A DNA stretch of 64,000 nucleotides from Candidatus Latescibacterota bacterium (GCA_965222605.1 OZ244960.1:2368001-2432000); one strand, 5' to 3'; positions 46,127 through 56,238 are shown, counted from the first letter of the stretch. The notes: a model not told the origin generated them from the sequence alone. Translations and numbers: made by a program.

Positions 46127-47650
46127 TCACCAGGGATTCGTCGCATCCATCTCCCACTTCATAATGTCACTCACAACAATGGACCCATCCGAAGCGAACA
46201 CCCGAACCTGGTCACTATCCTCTCGAGTCGGATACACTCTTTGAACCATACAAATCTGAGAATTGACAAAAATCTCCATCACCGATCGATCGACAAACAC
46301 ATGGAAGCGCAATAGTCCTTCGCTTCGTGGTTCAAATGGCACGATCTGCTTCATCGAGCAGACAGCCTCACCTTCCAACATTGGATAAGCGAGATCATCT
46401 GCAAGACTCGCATCCGAAAAATCGATGACAAATTCCTTCTTTGTCCCGTCGTAGGTAATGACGGTCTTTTCCTGACAGTCGGGAGAGCAAAGCAGCTTGA
46501 ACCCAAAAGTGTTTGTATCTCCAGAATCGATAGCAAACTGCAATTCCATACAGTTACCACTCAATTCTTCCAAAACAATTTCCTGTCCAGCCGTTACCTG
46601 CACCGAATCGACGGAACGCTCGTCGAATCTCAATGCTTGAAGTTCCTCAATCGGACGAATCTCGAGGCGATTATTCGCATCGGGAATAAAATGCCACGGC
46701 AGCGTCATGATGCTGCCCCACCCGTACTTTGACAAACTCCTACCCTCCCGGATCCACCCCCAGAAAATCCTCCGCCCGCGATCGTCAACGAGGGTTTCAG
46801 GACCGGCAAGAAGGCCCCCGAGATAGCTCAGCTGACCGTTCTCCTCAGGGTAGAATTGCTCATTTTCATATCGGCCGATGTAATACTGACATTTTGGAAA
46901 TGGCTTGTGGGTATGCATCACCAGCATATGTCGATCGCCAAACGGAAAAAAATCCGAGCAGGCGCAATCCTCGACCTCATCCGTCCACTTTCGATCCGAT
47001 TTGTAGAAGGGCCCGACGTACTCCCAACTTCTCAAATCCTTCGACTTGAACAGACTTGTGGAATCCCCTTCATACCCGGGCCGGTGGTTCTTGTTCCCGA
47101 TAAGCGCGTAATAAGTATCCCCTTCCTTCCAACCGCTGGGATCAAAGATCACGCATTCCGGATAGGGAGCGTCGGGCTTCAGCGTGTCCGTCACGCGATT
47201 CCAGCCTGCATCAATGGGAATGACTGGATTCTCATCGAGCGGGACCCAATGGTCGAGCCGGTCATCGTGACACTGGTAAATGCAGATCCCTTTGCGCGGC
47301 ATATTGGTGATGATCGTCGGAACTTCACATCCTTCCATCGCGTCGCCGCTGTTAAAGTAATCTCCCTTCTTGCCTTCAAGCGGCTCTCGCAGAGATGCTT
47401 TGTGGTAAGTCCAGTGAAGAAGGTCCCGGCTTGAAATGTGCTGCCAACTGGAAAAATCCCTCTCACCAGGTCCATTTGCAATCTTTTGCAGATACCCGAT
47501 ATGGTATCGCCCATTCCAGTAGATCGCGCCATTCAGGTCATTCCACCGACCTTCTGGAGGTAAAAAATGGAATCGCGGTCGATGTCGATCGGCAACCATC
47601 CTTTCCCTGGACTCATAGACGTCCATCAAAAAATCATCATAATTTTGCAC
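46127..47650 (-). CDS. Glycoside hydrolase family 32-like protein with atypical catalytic motifs
   Basis: RPRFHF..WNDLNG, SRDLLHW, FNSG, FDPS, CACSDFF, FVDRSVMEIFVN, RVYP. Confidence 0.85.
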   Translation of the reverse strand: MQNYDDFLMDVYESRERMVADRHRPRFHFLPPEGRWNDLNGAIYWNGRYHIGYLQKIANGPGERDFSSWQHISSRDLLHWTYHKASLREPLEGKKGDYFNSGDAMEGCEVPTIITNMPRKGICIYQCHDDRLDHWVPLDENPVIPIDAGWNRVTDTLKPDAPYPECVIFDPSGWKEGDTYYALIGNKNHRPGYEGDSTSLFKSKDLRSWEYVGPFYKSDRKWTDEVEDCACSDFFPFGDRHMLVMHTHKPFPKCQYYIGRYENEQFYPEENGQLSYLGGLLAGPETLVDDRGRRIFWGWIREGRSLSKYGWGSIMTLPWHFIPDANNRLEIRPIEELQALRFDERSVDSVQVTAGQEIVLEELSGNCMELQFAIDSGDTNTFGFKLLCSPDCQEKTVITYDGTKKEFVIDFSDASLADDLAYPMLEGEAVCSMKQIVPFEPRSEGLLRFHVFVDRSVMEIFVNSQICMVQRVYPTREDSDQVRVFASDGSIVVSDIMKWEMDATNPW

Positions 47651-47679
47651 ACAGTCTCCTTCCTGTCATACATCACACC

Positions 47680-48504
47680 TTATTCACGAATCGGCCCCGG
47701 ATACGGACACACCTTCCCATTGCGGATGAGCATCCCCCGGTCGGCCTGATTCGCCTTTTCAGCCATTTCATCGAGAAACGTGATCATGACACCGCCCCAT
47801 CGCGTGCGGTCGCTCGGATTCGGGGGACTCATGTGCCACATGTGAGAATGCCAGACCACGGCATCGCCCGGTCCCAGCGGCACCGGCTCAGGCGTCCTAT
47901 CAGCCGGAAGCTCACGCGGAACCTCGGGATGAAGGCTGTCTTCATACAAGACGTGTTCGATCACTCCTCCTTTGTGTGACCCCGGCATGACGTGGAGACA
48001 GCCATTCTCCAGATCTACGGCCTCAAGTGCTACCCAGCAATTAAAATGTCGTCGCTTATATTCCCTGATTCCACGCGATGGATCGCGCTCCCACAGCCAG
48101 ATGTCCTGATGCCAGGGCGTCGCCTCACCCAGCCGAGCCGGTTTGGTGAAAAAGCGCGTCCCCTGAACGCGAATATTCTCACCCAGAAATCGCCGATTGA
48201 GCGCAACGACGTTTTCCGATGAGAGCCACTCCTCCCAGAGAACCCGGCTATAGAGGTTGCGGTCGCCCACAGCACGTACAGCATCTGCACCGTCCAGATC
48301 TGCGTTGTCAGACCGCCTTCTATCCGGGTTGAACCATTCCACCTCTCCAGCGACAGCACGTTCAATCTCGCTTCGCACCGCCTCAACGGCTTGGTCCGTG
48401 ATAAGGTTTTTGACCACAAAAAATCCGCGATTTTCCAACTGCTCCTCAGCATCTTCGGGTATAGAAAACATACCCATATCCGCTACTCCTTCCTGGTGGG
48501 TCAT
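47680..48504 (-). CDS. PhyH family Fe/2OG dioxygenase
   Basis: TPWHQD, WVALE..ENGCL..PGSH, WHMSPPN.SDRTR. Confidence 0.9.
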   Translation of the reverse strand: MTHQEGVADMGMFSIPEDAEEQLENRGFFVVKNLITDQAVEAVRSEIERAVAGEVEWFNPDRRRSDNADLDGADAVRAVGDRNLYSRVLWEEWLSSENVVALNRRFLGENIRVQGTRFFTKPARLGEATPWHQDIWLWERDPSRGIREYKRRHFNCWVALEAVDLENGCLHVMPGSHKGGVIEHVLYEDSLHPEVPRELPADRTPEPVPLGPGDAVVWHSHMWHMSPPNPSDRTRWGGVMITFLDEMAEKANQADRGMLIRNGKVCPYPGPIRE

Positions 48505-49913
48505 CGGCTGGCCGGGCTACCAGTTTCATAAATCAGTTGGACTTTGCTTAACGCAGGCTCATTGTAGCGTTTCATCTGGGCGATCAGCTCAGTTTTAAAA
48601 TTCTCAGCAATCTCTTTGTATTCGGGATCGGTGTATAAGTTGACCAGCTCATCCGGGTCCTTATGCAGATCATACAACCAGGGATCGTCAACCTGTGAGA
48701 GAACCAATTTGTACCGCTGGCTAATAGCTGTCACAGTGTTTGAAGCGGCACTGGTCATATAGACAATGCGATCGTCGTCCACCACCTTTTCGCTACTGAG
48801 AAACGCCGCAGAATCATTTAACCCATGGGCATTTGGTATTTGATCCTCAATCCCCATAATGCCCAGAATCGTCGGGCCGAAATCAACCGTCGTATAGGCA
48901 GTGTTCACAACTTTCCCCGCCGCAATCTTCTCAGACCAGCGAATCACAAACGGAATCTTTGCACTGCCCTCGTAGGGCATCCCCTTGTTGTGGCGTCTAT
49001 GTTCGCCCATCAGGTCGCCATGATCGGCGGTAAAGATTACGATCGTATTCTGATCCAACCCCCTATCTTCCAGATCTGTCAGAATGCGCCCCACATTGTC
49101 ATCGATGCATTTGACCATACCAAAATACCTCTGCATCTGACCCTGATTCAGTTCATAGGCCGTATTATTGTCTCCAATCCGGTGCCATTTCGGCATTTTT
49201 TCCACGGGAAAATCCATCGTGCGCGGATTTTGAAAAACCATGTCTTTGTACATAGTGTCGTAGGGCGCGCGAACCATGTTTGGCCCGTGCGGATCTGGGA
49301 TAGAGACCATAATGCAAAAGGGTTTATTCTGGTCGCGTTCGATAACTTCCAGGGTCCGGTCAGCCAACCAATCTGTTGTAAACGATTTTTCGTCGGCACC
49401 ATCTACTCTGCTGGCAGGTTCACCGATGTTGTTCGTTGCCGCAACATAGGGCGTGCCGTCCTCTCTTAGCCCAAGTTTCTTCCAGTGACCGCGGTTCCAC
49501 ATATACCGATTGTCCTCAAAACCGAATTTGTGCTCTGGCGCAAAGCCAGGCTTGGCTCCGCCACCCAGATGCCACTTGCCGAGGTATGAGGTGGCATAGC
49601 CCTGGTTTTTGAGCACTTCGGCAAAAGTGGTCAGCCCCTCTTTCAAGGGGATATCGTTTTTATAGACGTCGGTGGCAATCGGATAAAGGCCGGAAACAAA
49701 AGAGGCACGCGAAGGCGAGCAAACAGGCGACGACGAATAATAACTGTCGCAAATAGCACCGTCCCGGGCGAGCGAATCAATATGAGGCGTATCTACTTTA
49801 ACACCTGGTCCCCAGATAAACGCCTGATCGTCCGTCATCAGATCGCGATAGCAACCCAATGTGCGAAAGTTGTGTTCATCGGTGTGAATAATCAACAGAT
49901 TCGGCTTACTCAT
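48501..49913 (-). CDS. Sulfatase
   Basis: PNLLIIHTDEH, CSPSRAS, GKWHLG, PDPHGP, TADHG. Confidence 0.92.
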   Translation of the reverse strand: MSKPNLLIIHTDEHNFRTLGCYRDLMTDDQAFIWGPGVKVDTPHIDSLARDGAICDSYYSSSPVCSPSRASFVSGLYPIATDVYKNDIPLKEGLTTFAEVLKNQGYATSYLGKWHLGGGAKPGFAPEHKFGFEDNRYMWNRGHWKKLGLREDGTPYVAATNNIGEPASRVDGADEKSFTTDWLADRTLEVIERDQNKPFCIMVSIPDPHGPNMVRAPYDTMYKDMVFQNPRTMDFPVEKMPKWHRIGDNNTAYELNQGQMQRYFGMVKCIDDNVGRILTDLEDRGLDQNTIVIFTADHGDLMGEHRRHNKGMPYEGSAKIPFVIRWSEKIAAGKVVNTAYTTVDFGPTILGIMGIEDQIPNAHGLNDSAAFLSSEKVVDDDRIVYMTSAASNTVTAISQRYKLVLSQVDDPWLYDLHKDPDELVNLYTDPEYKEIAENFKTELIAQMKRYNEPALSKVQLIYETGSPASR

Positions 49914-50046
49914 TTAGGTCTCCTTTTGAGAATTCTCTGATTGCTTTGTGGCTGGTTTGCTTCAGTGGCTGACAGCGATTCGAATCCGAGCGGTTTTTTT
50001 TTCTCTTCATTTAGATATTCACCGACCATGATATGCTGTGGGCCTT

Positions 50047-50904
50047 TCATTTACTTTGCAGAGCCTTATCCATCTGCGTAATCGGTGATTTTGCTGGTTC
50101 AATAGGACGAATAATCTTTCTGCGGGCAGGCGTTAATCTCGCCACCAATTCATCGGAGTATTCATACCCGAAACGATCTCTGGTCCAAGAAGACGAATAG
50201 CGATAGATCAATGCACGACGTTCCCCTTCATTGGTCCGCACACTTGCGCCGTGAATCAATGCATCTGTAAAAAGAACAGCATCGCCTGCATTGAGGTGCA
50301 TTTCCTTTAAATAGGGCGTCAGTTTCGTTTCCTCAACCGCAGTCTTATGTCGCCCATTCTCCTGCTCGAAAATCAAAGGATTAACCACATTGCATTTATG
50401 CGATCCAGACACAATCATAGTACCTCCATCCCCTGGACCAATATCGTTCAGCGCAAGCAGAACATTGAAATTGCCACAATAGAAATTATCGTTATGATAT
50501 CGAAAACTGGTGCGATAACTCCTGTTGTGCCCGCCAGAATGAACAGGTACATAGCTGCCTTTCCGACTGACAGACAGATGGTTAGCCCAGATGTATAACC
50601 CATCATTATCGACATAGCGCTTCACATACTCAAGCCAGTTGGGATTATCGATCAACGCCTCAAAAGCTGGTCCACCCTCAATAATATTCGCAAACTTAAT
50701 ATCGGGACCCTGTACAGGTTCGGGATCGCTACCGCGAACATGGCCGATCCATTTGTGTCCGGCCTCGTGTAAAGTAACCCATTCATCGACCGTCTCATTA
50801 ATCTCCGCAATCAGCTCTGAAGAAACCACATTCTTCAGAACGAGATATCCCTGAAGGTCAAAAAGATAGTCATCCCATTCAGTGGGTGCAGGAACCTGTG
50901 TCAT
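50047..50904 (-). CDS. PhyH family Fe/2OG enzyme with an HxG motif
   Basis: LFDLQGYLVLK, VHSGG, GDGGTMIVSGSHK, FTDALIHG, RRALIYRY. Confidence 0.88.
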   Translation of the reverse strand: MTQVPAPTEWDDYLFDLQGYLVLKNVVSSELIAEINETVDEWVTLHEAGHKWIGHVRGSDPEPVQGPDIKFANIIEGGPAFEALIDNPNWLEYVKRYVDNDGLYIWANHLSVSRKGSYVPVHSGGHNRSYRTSFRYHNDNFYCGNFNVLLALNDIGPGDGGTMIVSGSHKCNVVNPLIFEQENGRHKTAVEETKLTPYLKEMHLNAGDAVLFTDALIHGASVRTNEGERRALIYRYSSSWTRDRFGYEYSDELVARLTPARRKIIRPIEPAKSPITQMDKALQSK

Positions 50905-51101
50905 ATCTTCTCCTTTCGCCCTTGTTTATCAATCCACGCGAATACTCCACGCAAACTCATCTAAAACACTGAGGCCCCCAGTGTGCCCAGATCCCAATCG
51001 AAACCACTGAGGGCAATTGTGCTACTGCAAAAATTTTCACGTCGCCTCAAACTCTGTGCTGAAATGTTTTAATTCAGCATCTGCCATATAATCTCCTTTT
51101 T

Positions 51102-52184
51102 TTATTCACAATGCAGCTTCGCCACGGCAATAGCATCCTCTTCCCAACAGGTATAAAACAAATACAACTGACCACCTTCTTTGAACGCATAAGAATCATG
51201 CACCACATCGCCCTCCCAATCCTCCTCGGCGCGAATCATATCTTCGGGAGGATAGCTCGTCTGCCACGCCTGCCAATCGCCCGCACTCAAATCCACAGTC
51301 GAACGCATGATATATTCCGGCTCCTCCCACTTCCGGCTGTAAAACGCCTCCAGCGTCTCGCCATCTTCCATCACCCGCACAGACCCGTGGCGCAGACCCA
51401 AACCCCCATTGGGAAGATGATCACCCGCCAGCCCATCGGCGACGAGATCATCTTCAATAGGCGACGATTCAGCAGACACCCACAAAGGATCACTCGTATT
51501 CCAACCCTCTGGCGCATCCCACGGACATCCGGGATTAGCTGGCTCTAAAAAAAATCCGCGCTGTGCAAAACCGTACCAATCGCCATGACAGGTAAACACG
51601 CGCAAATAATTTCGATCCGCAAATTTCAACCGCTTCAAACCACAACCTTCTTCGCCCCCCACTTCGGGACGGTTAAAATTCAACCCGTACTTCGACGTCG
51701 CCACAAATGATCGCTGATCATCATTGCTCTTCCCGTGAACCACCATGATAAAATGCTGACTCTCCTCATCCACAATCACCTCAGGAGACGACACATGCCC
51801 CGTCAACACAATACCATCCACCACATCAATCGTCTCAGTCGCATTGCCCAGCCGCAAATCAAACACGCCGCGCCCGGGAAAACGCGGATCATCCAACCGG
51901 CCAGCATTAAAAAGCGTCCAATCCGCCGAATCCACCCGATCTGACCACGCCATGTGAATACTCGTCCCGTGATGCGACGCACAATAGAGATAATAATTCG
52001 CATTCGGATGTGCCCGATCATCCGCAGGCACCCAGTCGGGTATCCGAACCACCGTGGGAAACATCGCATCGCCGCGCAATCTCGAGCGATTGGGATCCGC
52101 CCCAATCCTGAGCCGCCGCACATCACTTCCATCGACAATCGGCCTGCCGTGCAATTTCTCAACCCGATAAGTTACTTCAGCCAT
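51102..52184 (-). CDS. Five-bladed beta-propeller glycosidase-like protein (GH43/32/130 clan-like)
   Basis: YYLYCASHHG, HVSSPEV, LRHGSV, LYLFYT; GGAGG RBS before ATG 52184. Confidence 0.6.
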   Translation of the reverse strand: MAEVTYRVEKLHGRPIVDGSDVRRLRIGADPNRSRLRGDAMFPTVVRIPDWVPADDRAHPNANYYLYCASHHGTSIHMAWSDRVDSADWTLFNAGRLDDPRFPGRGVFDLRLGNATETIDVVDGIVLTGHVSSPEVIVDEESQHFIMVVHGKSNDDQRSFVATSKYGLNFNRPEVGGEEGCGLKRLKFADRNYLRVFTCHGDWYGFAQRGFFLEPANPGCPWDAPEGWNTSDPLWVSAESSPIEDDLVADGLAGDHLPNGGLGLRHGSVRVMEDGETLEAFYSRKWEEPEYIMRSTVDLSAGDWQAWQTSYPPEDMIRAEEDWEGDVVHDSYAFKEGGQLYLFYTCWEEDAIAVAKLHCE

Positions 52185-52224
52185 ACATTCCTCCATCGAT
52201 CCATTATAAACGCAGCTTGGAAAG

Positions 52225-52674
52225 CTACAACCTTCGACGCAACGCCATGCCATCGCTGGGAAAACGCTCGTCAAAGGTGTAGATCACGCTCGCACCATCT
52301 GTCTGAGCGGCTGCCCATATCATCGCGTCTGCAATAGACACCCTACCAGACGGTCGGCACATCCGCAGCCCCTCCAACACGCGATTCTTATCCATTGCAT
52401 AAGTGGCAATATTGTCTCGCTGAACGAGATCTATTAGCCGATCAACCGTAGTTTCCCTCGAAACCTGATAATGACTTCTCAAAACGTATGCCGTTTCGGT
52501 CAGTACGATGTCAGTAATCTGAAGATCGTCAACTTGATGTATAATTCGGACTGCCTCTGCAGCAGTTTCTGGAGGGCTGCCGGTCAGATATCGAACAACG
52601 ACGCTTGTATCCAAGAATCCTCTCAACTGTCCTTCTTTCTCATCCCCATCTTTTTCTTTCCTGATTATTTCCAT
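52225..52674 (-). CDS. vapC: PIN-domain (VapC) toxin; true start may be TTG 52626
   Basis: FLDTSVVVR, VLTETAYVL, SIADAMI, YTFD. Confidence 0.88.
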   Translation of the reverse strand: MEIIRKEKDGDEKEGQLRGFLDTSVVVRYLTGSPPETAAEAVRIIHQVDDLQITDIVLTETAYVLRSHYQVSRETTVDRLIDLVQRDNIATYAMDKNRVLEGLRMCRPSGRVSIADAMIWAAAQTDGASVIYTFDERFPSDGMALRRRL

Positions 52675-52937
52675 TTATCAGCTTCTTCTTCAATGGCCTT
52701 TGCCCAGGCGTTTTCCTTTATCTTATGCCAATCCTTATCATCAAATGCGTTGTCTTCATTCACATACTCAGCAAGACTACCCTTTAAGGATTTGTTATGC
52801 TCCGGCGGAAAGAATTGAATTTCTATGCGATTATCCACCAAGCGCTGTAACGCAATCCACCCGGGTTCTATACCCAGTTGATCACGAAGTTCCTTTCTTA
52901 TTACAACCTCGCCCTTGCCCCCAACTTTATAAGTCAA
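52665..52937 (-). CDS. AbrB/MazE/SpoVT-family antitoxin
   Basis: KVGGKGEVVIRKELRDQLGIEPG. Confidence 0.85.
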   Translation of the reverse strand: MTYKVGGKGEVVIRKELRDQLGIEPGWIALQRLVDNRIEIQFFPPEHNKSLKGSLAEYVNEDNAFDDKDWHKIKENAWAKAIEEEADKWK

Positions 52938-52985
52938 AGCGATCCTCCTCTCTGATCGTGAGCTATTTATGTAAATTCTCCATAT

Positions 52986-53942
52986 TCAACGACGTTCATT
53001 CAACGGCGTCCAACCGCGTCCGGGAACATGAACTTTCTTTCTGTCCCACTCTTTCCGCATCGCGGCAAATGCCTCGGGAGCTCGCATCTCTCGCTCGGGA
53101 TTTTGCGTATCCTGAATCACAAAATACGCCTCACCCGGATGGCACGCCATCGTCACCGGCTCGCGCTCTGGTATATAATCTTCGGGCACTTCGCCGATAT
53201 TGCTCGGCACGCCAAAATCCTGATATCGCAAATCCATACTCCACCGCACAATATCGGTCTTGTTTTCAAACGAGGCATGCGGTGTCAGATTCGTCAGAAA
53301 CAAAACCGATCCCGCCGACATCTCCACCGGTATCGCACCCCTGGGAACATTTTCAGGTGCAATTTCCAAAAAGCCCGCGTGACCACCCGTATAATGTCGG
53401 ATAATCCCCTTATCCTGCACCTTTGGAATCACCCACAAACACCCATTATCCAGCGTCGCATCCACCAGCGGTATCCAGCACGTCACCATCAAATAATCGT
53501 AACAATGCGCCATTGAATAACCCGAATCCTGATGCCACGGCACTTCCCCGCGCGAATAGCCCGGCACCTTGGGGCGTATGCGATAAATCGATGTACCGAC
53601 AATATCGGGACCGATAATATCCTCAATACACGCAATTAAAGGACGATGTCGCAACGCGCTCAAAATCCCCGGCCCGTGAAATCTACCCGACCAGATCGAC
53701 ATCAACACCTTGTGAGCGGCCTCCGGGTCGTATTGGTGGATCCGGGTCAGGCGCGTCTCAAACGGCTCTTCGGCAAAATCGCGATCCAGCTCGCCTTCGG
53801 CAATCAACTCATCGCACTTCTCCTGAATCGCACCCGTCAACCCATCTTTCAGAAGCTGCAAATCGTCCGAAGAATAGATGGATTCTTTAACGACATAACC
53901 CAACTCGTTGAATTGTTGAACTTCTTCTGCTGTAAGCCCCAT
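52986..53942 (-). CDS. PhyH family Fe/2OG dioxygenase
   Basis: VPWHQDSGY, WIPLVDAT..NGCL, PHASFEN..RWSMDLRY. Confidence 0.9.
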   Translation of the reverse strand: MGLTAEEVQQFNELGYVVKESIYSSDDLQLLKDGLTGAIQEKCDELIAEGELDRDFAEEPFETRLTRIHQYDPEAAHKVLMSIWSGRFHGPGILSALRHRPLIACIEDIIGPDIVGTSIYRIRPKVPGYSRGEVPWHQDSGYSMAHCYDYLMVTCWIPLVDATLDNGCLWVIPKVQDKGIIRHYTGGHAGFLEIAPENVPRGAIPVEMSAGSVLFLTNLTPHASFENKTDIVRWSMDLRYQDFGVPSNIGEVPEDYIPEREPVTMACHPGEAYFVIQDTQNPEREMRAPEAFAAMRKEWDRKKVHVPGRGWTPLNERR

Positions 53943-53969
53943 GATATGTCCTCTCTTCATCTTCGGCGA

Positions 53970-54719
53970 TCAGATCACCACTTTTTGCCGTCCACCAATC
54001 GATGGCGGCTCCATAATCCGTCGCTGCTGATCTGTCACATTGGGATAATCGTCTGGATTATAATAATTCTGCGACCACGCCGAATGCCCCGGACTGAACT
54101 TATACAGCAATGAGCGGCGCTCGTGCTCGCCTTCCCAGGGCATTGTTCCATGCACCAACGCCTCCGTAAAAATGATCATATCCCCGGCTTCAGCTTCGGG
54201 CTGATGTACATAGTGCGCCGGTCGCTCAAAATTGCGCACATCGCTGGGGATATCAGCGATAAAATTGCTCTTATGCGTCCCGGGAATACAGGCAAACCCG
54301 CCATCCCCTTTGCGCGCAGGCGCGAGATTATACGTAAACACCGTCAACCCATTGCGCATCACGCCATCGCGGTATTTATACCAGTGATCGCCCGGCACAC
54401 CCCCCTGCAATGTTGGCCCACCGTGCAATCGCCCGCGTCTTGCGCCCTTCTTCATAAAGATAGAATAATCGTGATCCACGCGAAATGTAGGCCCCAGCAA
54501 TTCAATCATATACGGCAACGCATTGGGGTGATCGAACAACGCCTGCGTTTCTGGACCCCACATTGAAACGCGACTCGTGCGGCGGTTCCCATCATCTTCG
54601 CCAGCGGGCCATACCTCATCGGCCAACTCATTCAACGCCTTCACCTCATCCGCACTCAATACATCTTTAACAACCAAAAACCCCTGCAAATCAAATCGAA
54701 ATTTCTCTTCTTTTGTCAT
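53970..54719 (-). CDS. PhyH family Fe/2OG enzyme with an HxG motif
   Basis: FDLQGFLVVK, LHGG, GGFACIPGTHK, FTEALVHGT, RRSLLYKF. Confidence 0.88.
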   Translation of the reverse strand: MTKEEKFRFDLQGFLVVKDVLSADEVKALNELADEVWPAGEDDGNRRTSRVSMWGPETQALFDHPNALPYMIELLGPTFRVDHDYSIFMKKGARRGRLHGGPTLQGGVPGDHWYKYRDGVMRNGLTVFTYNLAPARKGDGGFACIPGTHKSNFIADIPSDVRNFERPAHYVHQPEAEAGDMIIFTEALVHGTMPWEGEHERRSLLYKFSPGHSAWSQNYYNPDDYPNVTDQQRRIMEPPSIGGRQKVVI

Positions 54720-54732
54720 AATCTCCTCCTAT

Positions 54733-54753
54733 GTCAGCGGTCAGCAGTTAGCT
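54733..54753. repeat. Heptamer tandem repeat (GTCAGCG/GTCAGCA/GTTAGCT)
   Basis: Three 7-nt units; degenerate inverted counterpart at 56361-56387. Confidence 0.55.
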
Positions 54754-54757
54754 GTTC

Positions 54758-55144
54758 TCAATTTAGCTCACAAATATGCTCTCTCAACCATTCGACAAGT
54801 TGCTCGCGGGAAACTTCTCCTGATGCGACGCCCAAAATGATTTGTTCTTGAATATCTACGGTAGCATCAATTCTATATCCATTGAAAATCAAGAATACTT
54901 CCATTGCTGCATGCCCCACCCGTTTATTCCCATCTAAAAAGGGATGGTTCCGAATCACAGAAAAACACAAAGCCGCCGCCTTCTCTTCAACAGTAGGATA
55001 AAGGTCCTGTCCCCCAAACGTCATACGGGGTTGTGCGATGGCCGATTCCAATCCGCTATGATCACGCACTCCTGCAGATCCGCCACTTGTTTCAATAATA
55101 CGCCTGTGAAGTGCCATCACTGCATCCAAGCTGATATAATACAT
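54758..55144 (-). CDS. doc: Death-on-curing (Doc/Fic) family toxin
   Basis: GVRD..LESAIAQP, KAAAL, NHPFLDGNKRVG. Confidence 0.92.
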   Translation of the reverse strand: MYYISLDAVMALHRRIIETSGGSAGVRDHSGLESAIAQPRMTFGGQDLYPTVEEKAAALCFSVIRNHPFLDGNKRVGHAAMEVFLIFNGYRIDATVDIQEQIILGVASGEVSREQLVEWLREHICELN

Positions 55145-56238
55145 CAACTTAGCCTTTGGTAAAGTTCGCTATTCTTCTCAAGCACTTGTTCACAGATCTC
55201 CGCAAACCTCTGTTCCCGAAATACACCGTTTTGAAAAAAATTAATAAGGTCATCTTTTACCTGATAATACGATCCATAGCCCCCTGCTATCAATCCCAAA
55301 TGTTGACCAATGACAATACGTATGAGTTTGGGAACTACGGCAGCAACTATGTTGACGGTGTATCTTTCGGACTGCTCATCATCAAGTTCTTTTAGATTTG
55401 GTATCCGACCAGTGTGAGTCAGGACATTACGTACCCGGTCAACATATTGAACACGAGTCTTTTGATCAGGTGTTGGCGACGGGTCTATAATCTCAAGTGA
55501 TTCCAGAAGCGAAAACAATTTATCTAACAAAGATGGGCCACGATCAATCTGACCATATAGCAAATTTCTATACCGTTCCACTTGATCTGGTTGAAGTCCT
55601 GTTGTTTTTGTGAGAAGATCGCTTATCTCTCTTTTAAGTTTCTTACGGATAGGCTTGCTGACCTTTTCATAGACCATCTCATGCTGGTCGAGAATAATGT
55701 TGAGTGCTGTGCAGTACAACGCAGCGCGGGATTGCAAGAGGTTGGCGTTCATTGCCTCATTGTATAAGTGCAGGACAATGTGCAAATTTTTGGATACCAA
55801 GCACTCCCTATTTTGCCAGGCATGTGCTGCTGCAGGCAAGGTCTCAATTGGAGTCACTGCATAGCAGTCACCATATATATCAGGTCTATACCTTTCCTGG
55901 TACTCTCCTGTAACTACGCTTCTACCTGTCATAAAAGTGAGCAAATTGCATAAATCCCATAGTCCTCCATCGTCGGCTACCTTGTCGAGAAGAATACTTT
56001 TTTCTCCAGGCCCTTTCCAGGACACAGTTGCTGTGGCTTGCCAGGTACCTTTTTGTGTTGGCGAGCGTTGTAGCCCTGTTTCATTGAGGGTCAACATTGG
56101 AGGTTGAGGCAGTTGAGAAACTCTGGCATTGTAATCATCTGTGAGACGCACCTTAAGACAGCCGATACTACTCTCTGACGATGAAGGGCCGGGGCGTGAA
56201 TCGCCCATATAGAGATTGAAGAGGTCAATTGTTTTCAT
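55144..56238 (-). CDS. ApeA-like HEPN protein with a C-terminal Doc-antitoxin-like helix
   Basis: LLTFMTG; RNVLTH (RxxxxH); C-terminus FAEICEQVLEKNSELYQRLS; TGATG coupling to doc. Confidence 0.7.
   Translation of the reverse strand: MKTIDLFNLYMGDSRPGPSSSESSIGCLKVRLTDDYNARVSQLPQPPMLTLNETGLQRSPTQKGTWQATATVSWKGPGEKSILLDKVADDGGLWDLCNLLTFMTGRSVVTGEYQERYRPDIYGDCYAVTPIETLPAAAHAWQNRECLVSKNLHIVLHLYNEAMNANLLQSRAALYCTALNIILDQHEMVYEKVSKPIRKKLKREISDLLTKTTGLQPDQVERYRNLLYGQIDRGPSLLDKLFSLLESLEIIDPSPTPDQKTRVQYVDRVRNVLTHTGRIPNLKELDDEQSERYTVNIVAAVVPKLIRIVIGQHLGLIAGGYGSYYQVKDDLINFFQNGVFREQRFAEICEQVLEKNSELYQRLS

Noticed and set aside
49965-50002. tRNA T-loop-like ATTCGAATCC followed by a T tract
   Set aside because: No acceptor, D or anticodon stems can be built around it.
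50930-51088. Short minus-strand frame MADAELKHFSTEFEAT* with a good RBS
   Set aside because: It may be a decayed gene, but it is too short and interrupted to assign.
52626-52674. Charged N-terminal extension of VapC as a novel domain
   Set aside because: It is more simply explained by a downstream TTG start with a GAAGGA RBS, making this an ordinary VapBC pair.
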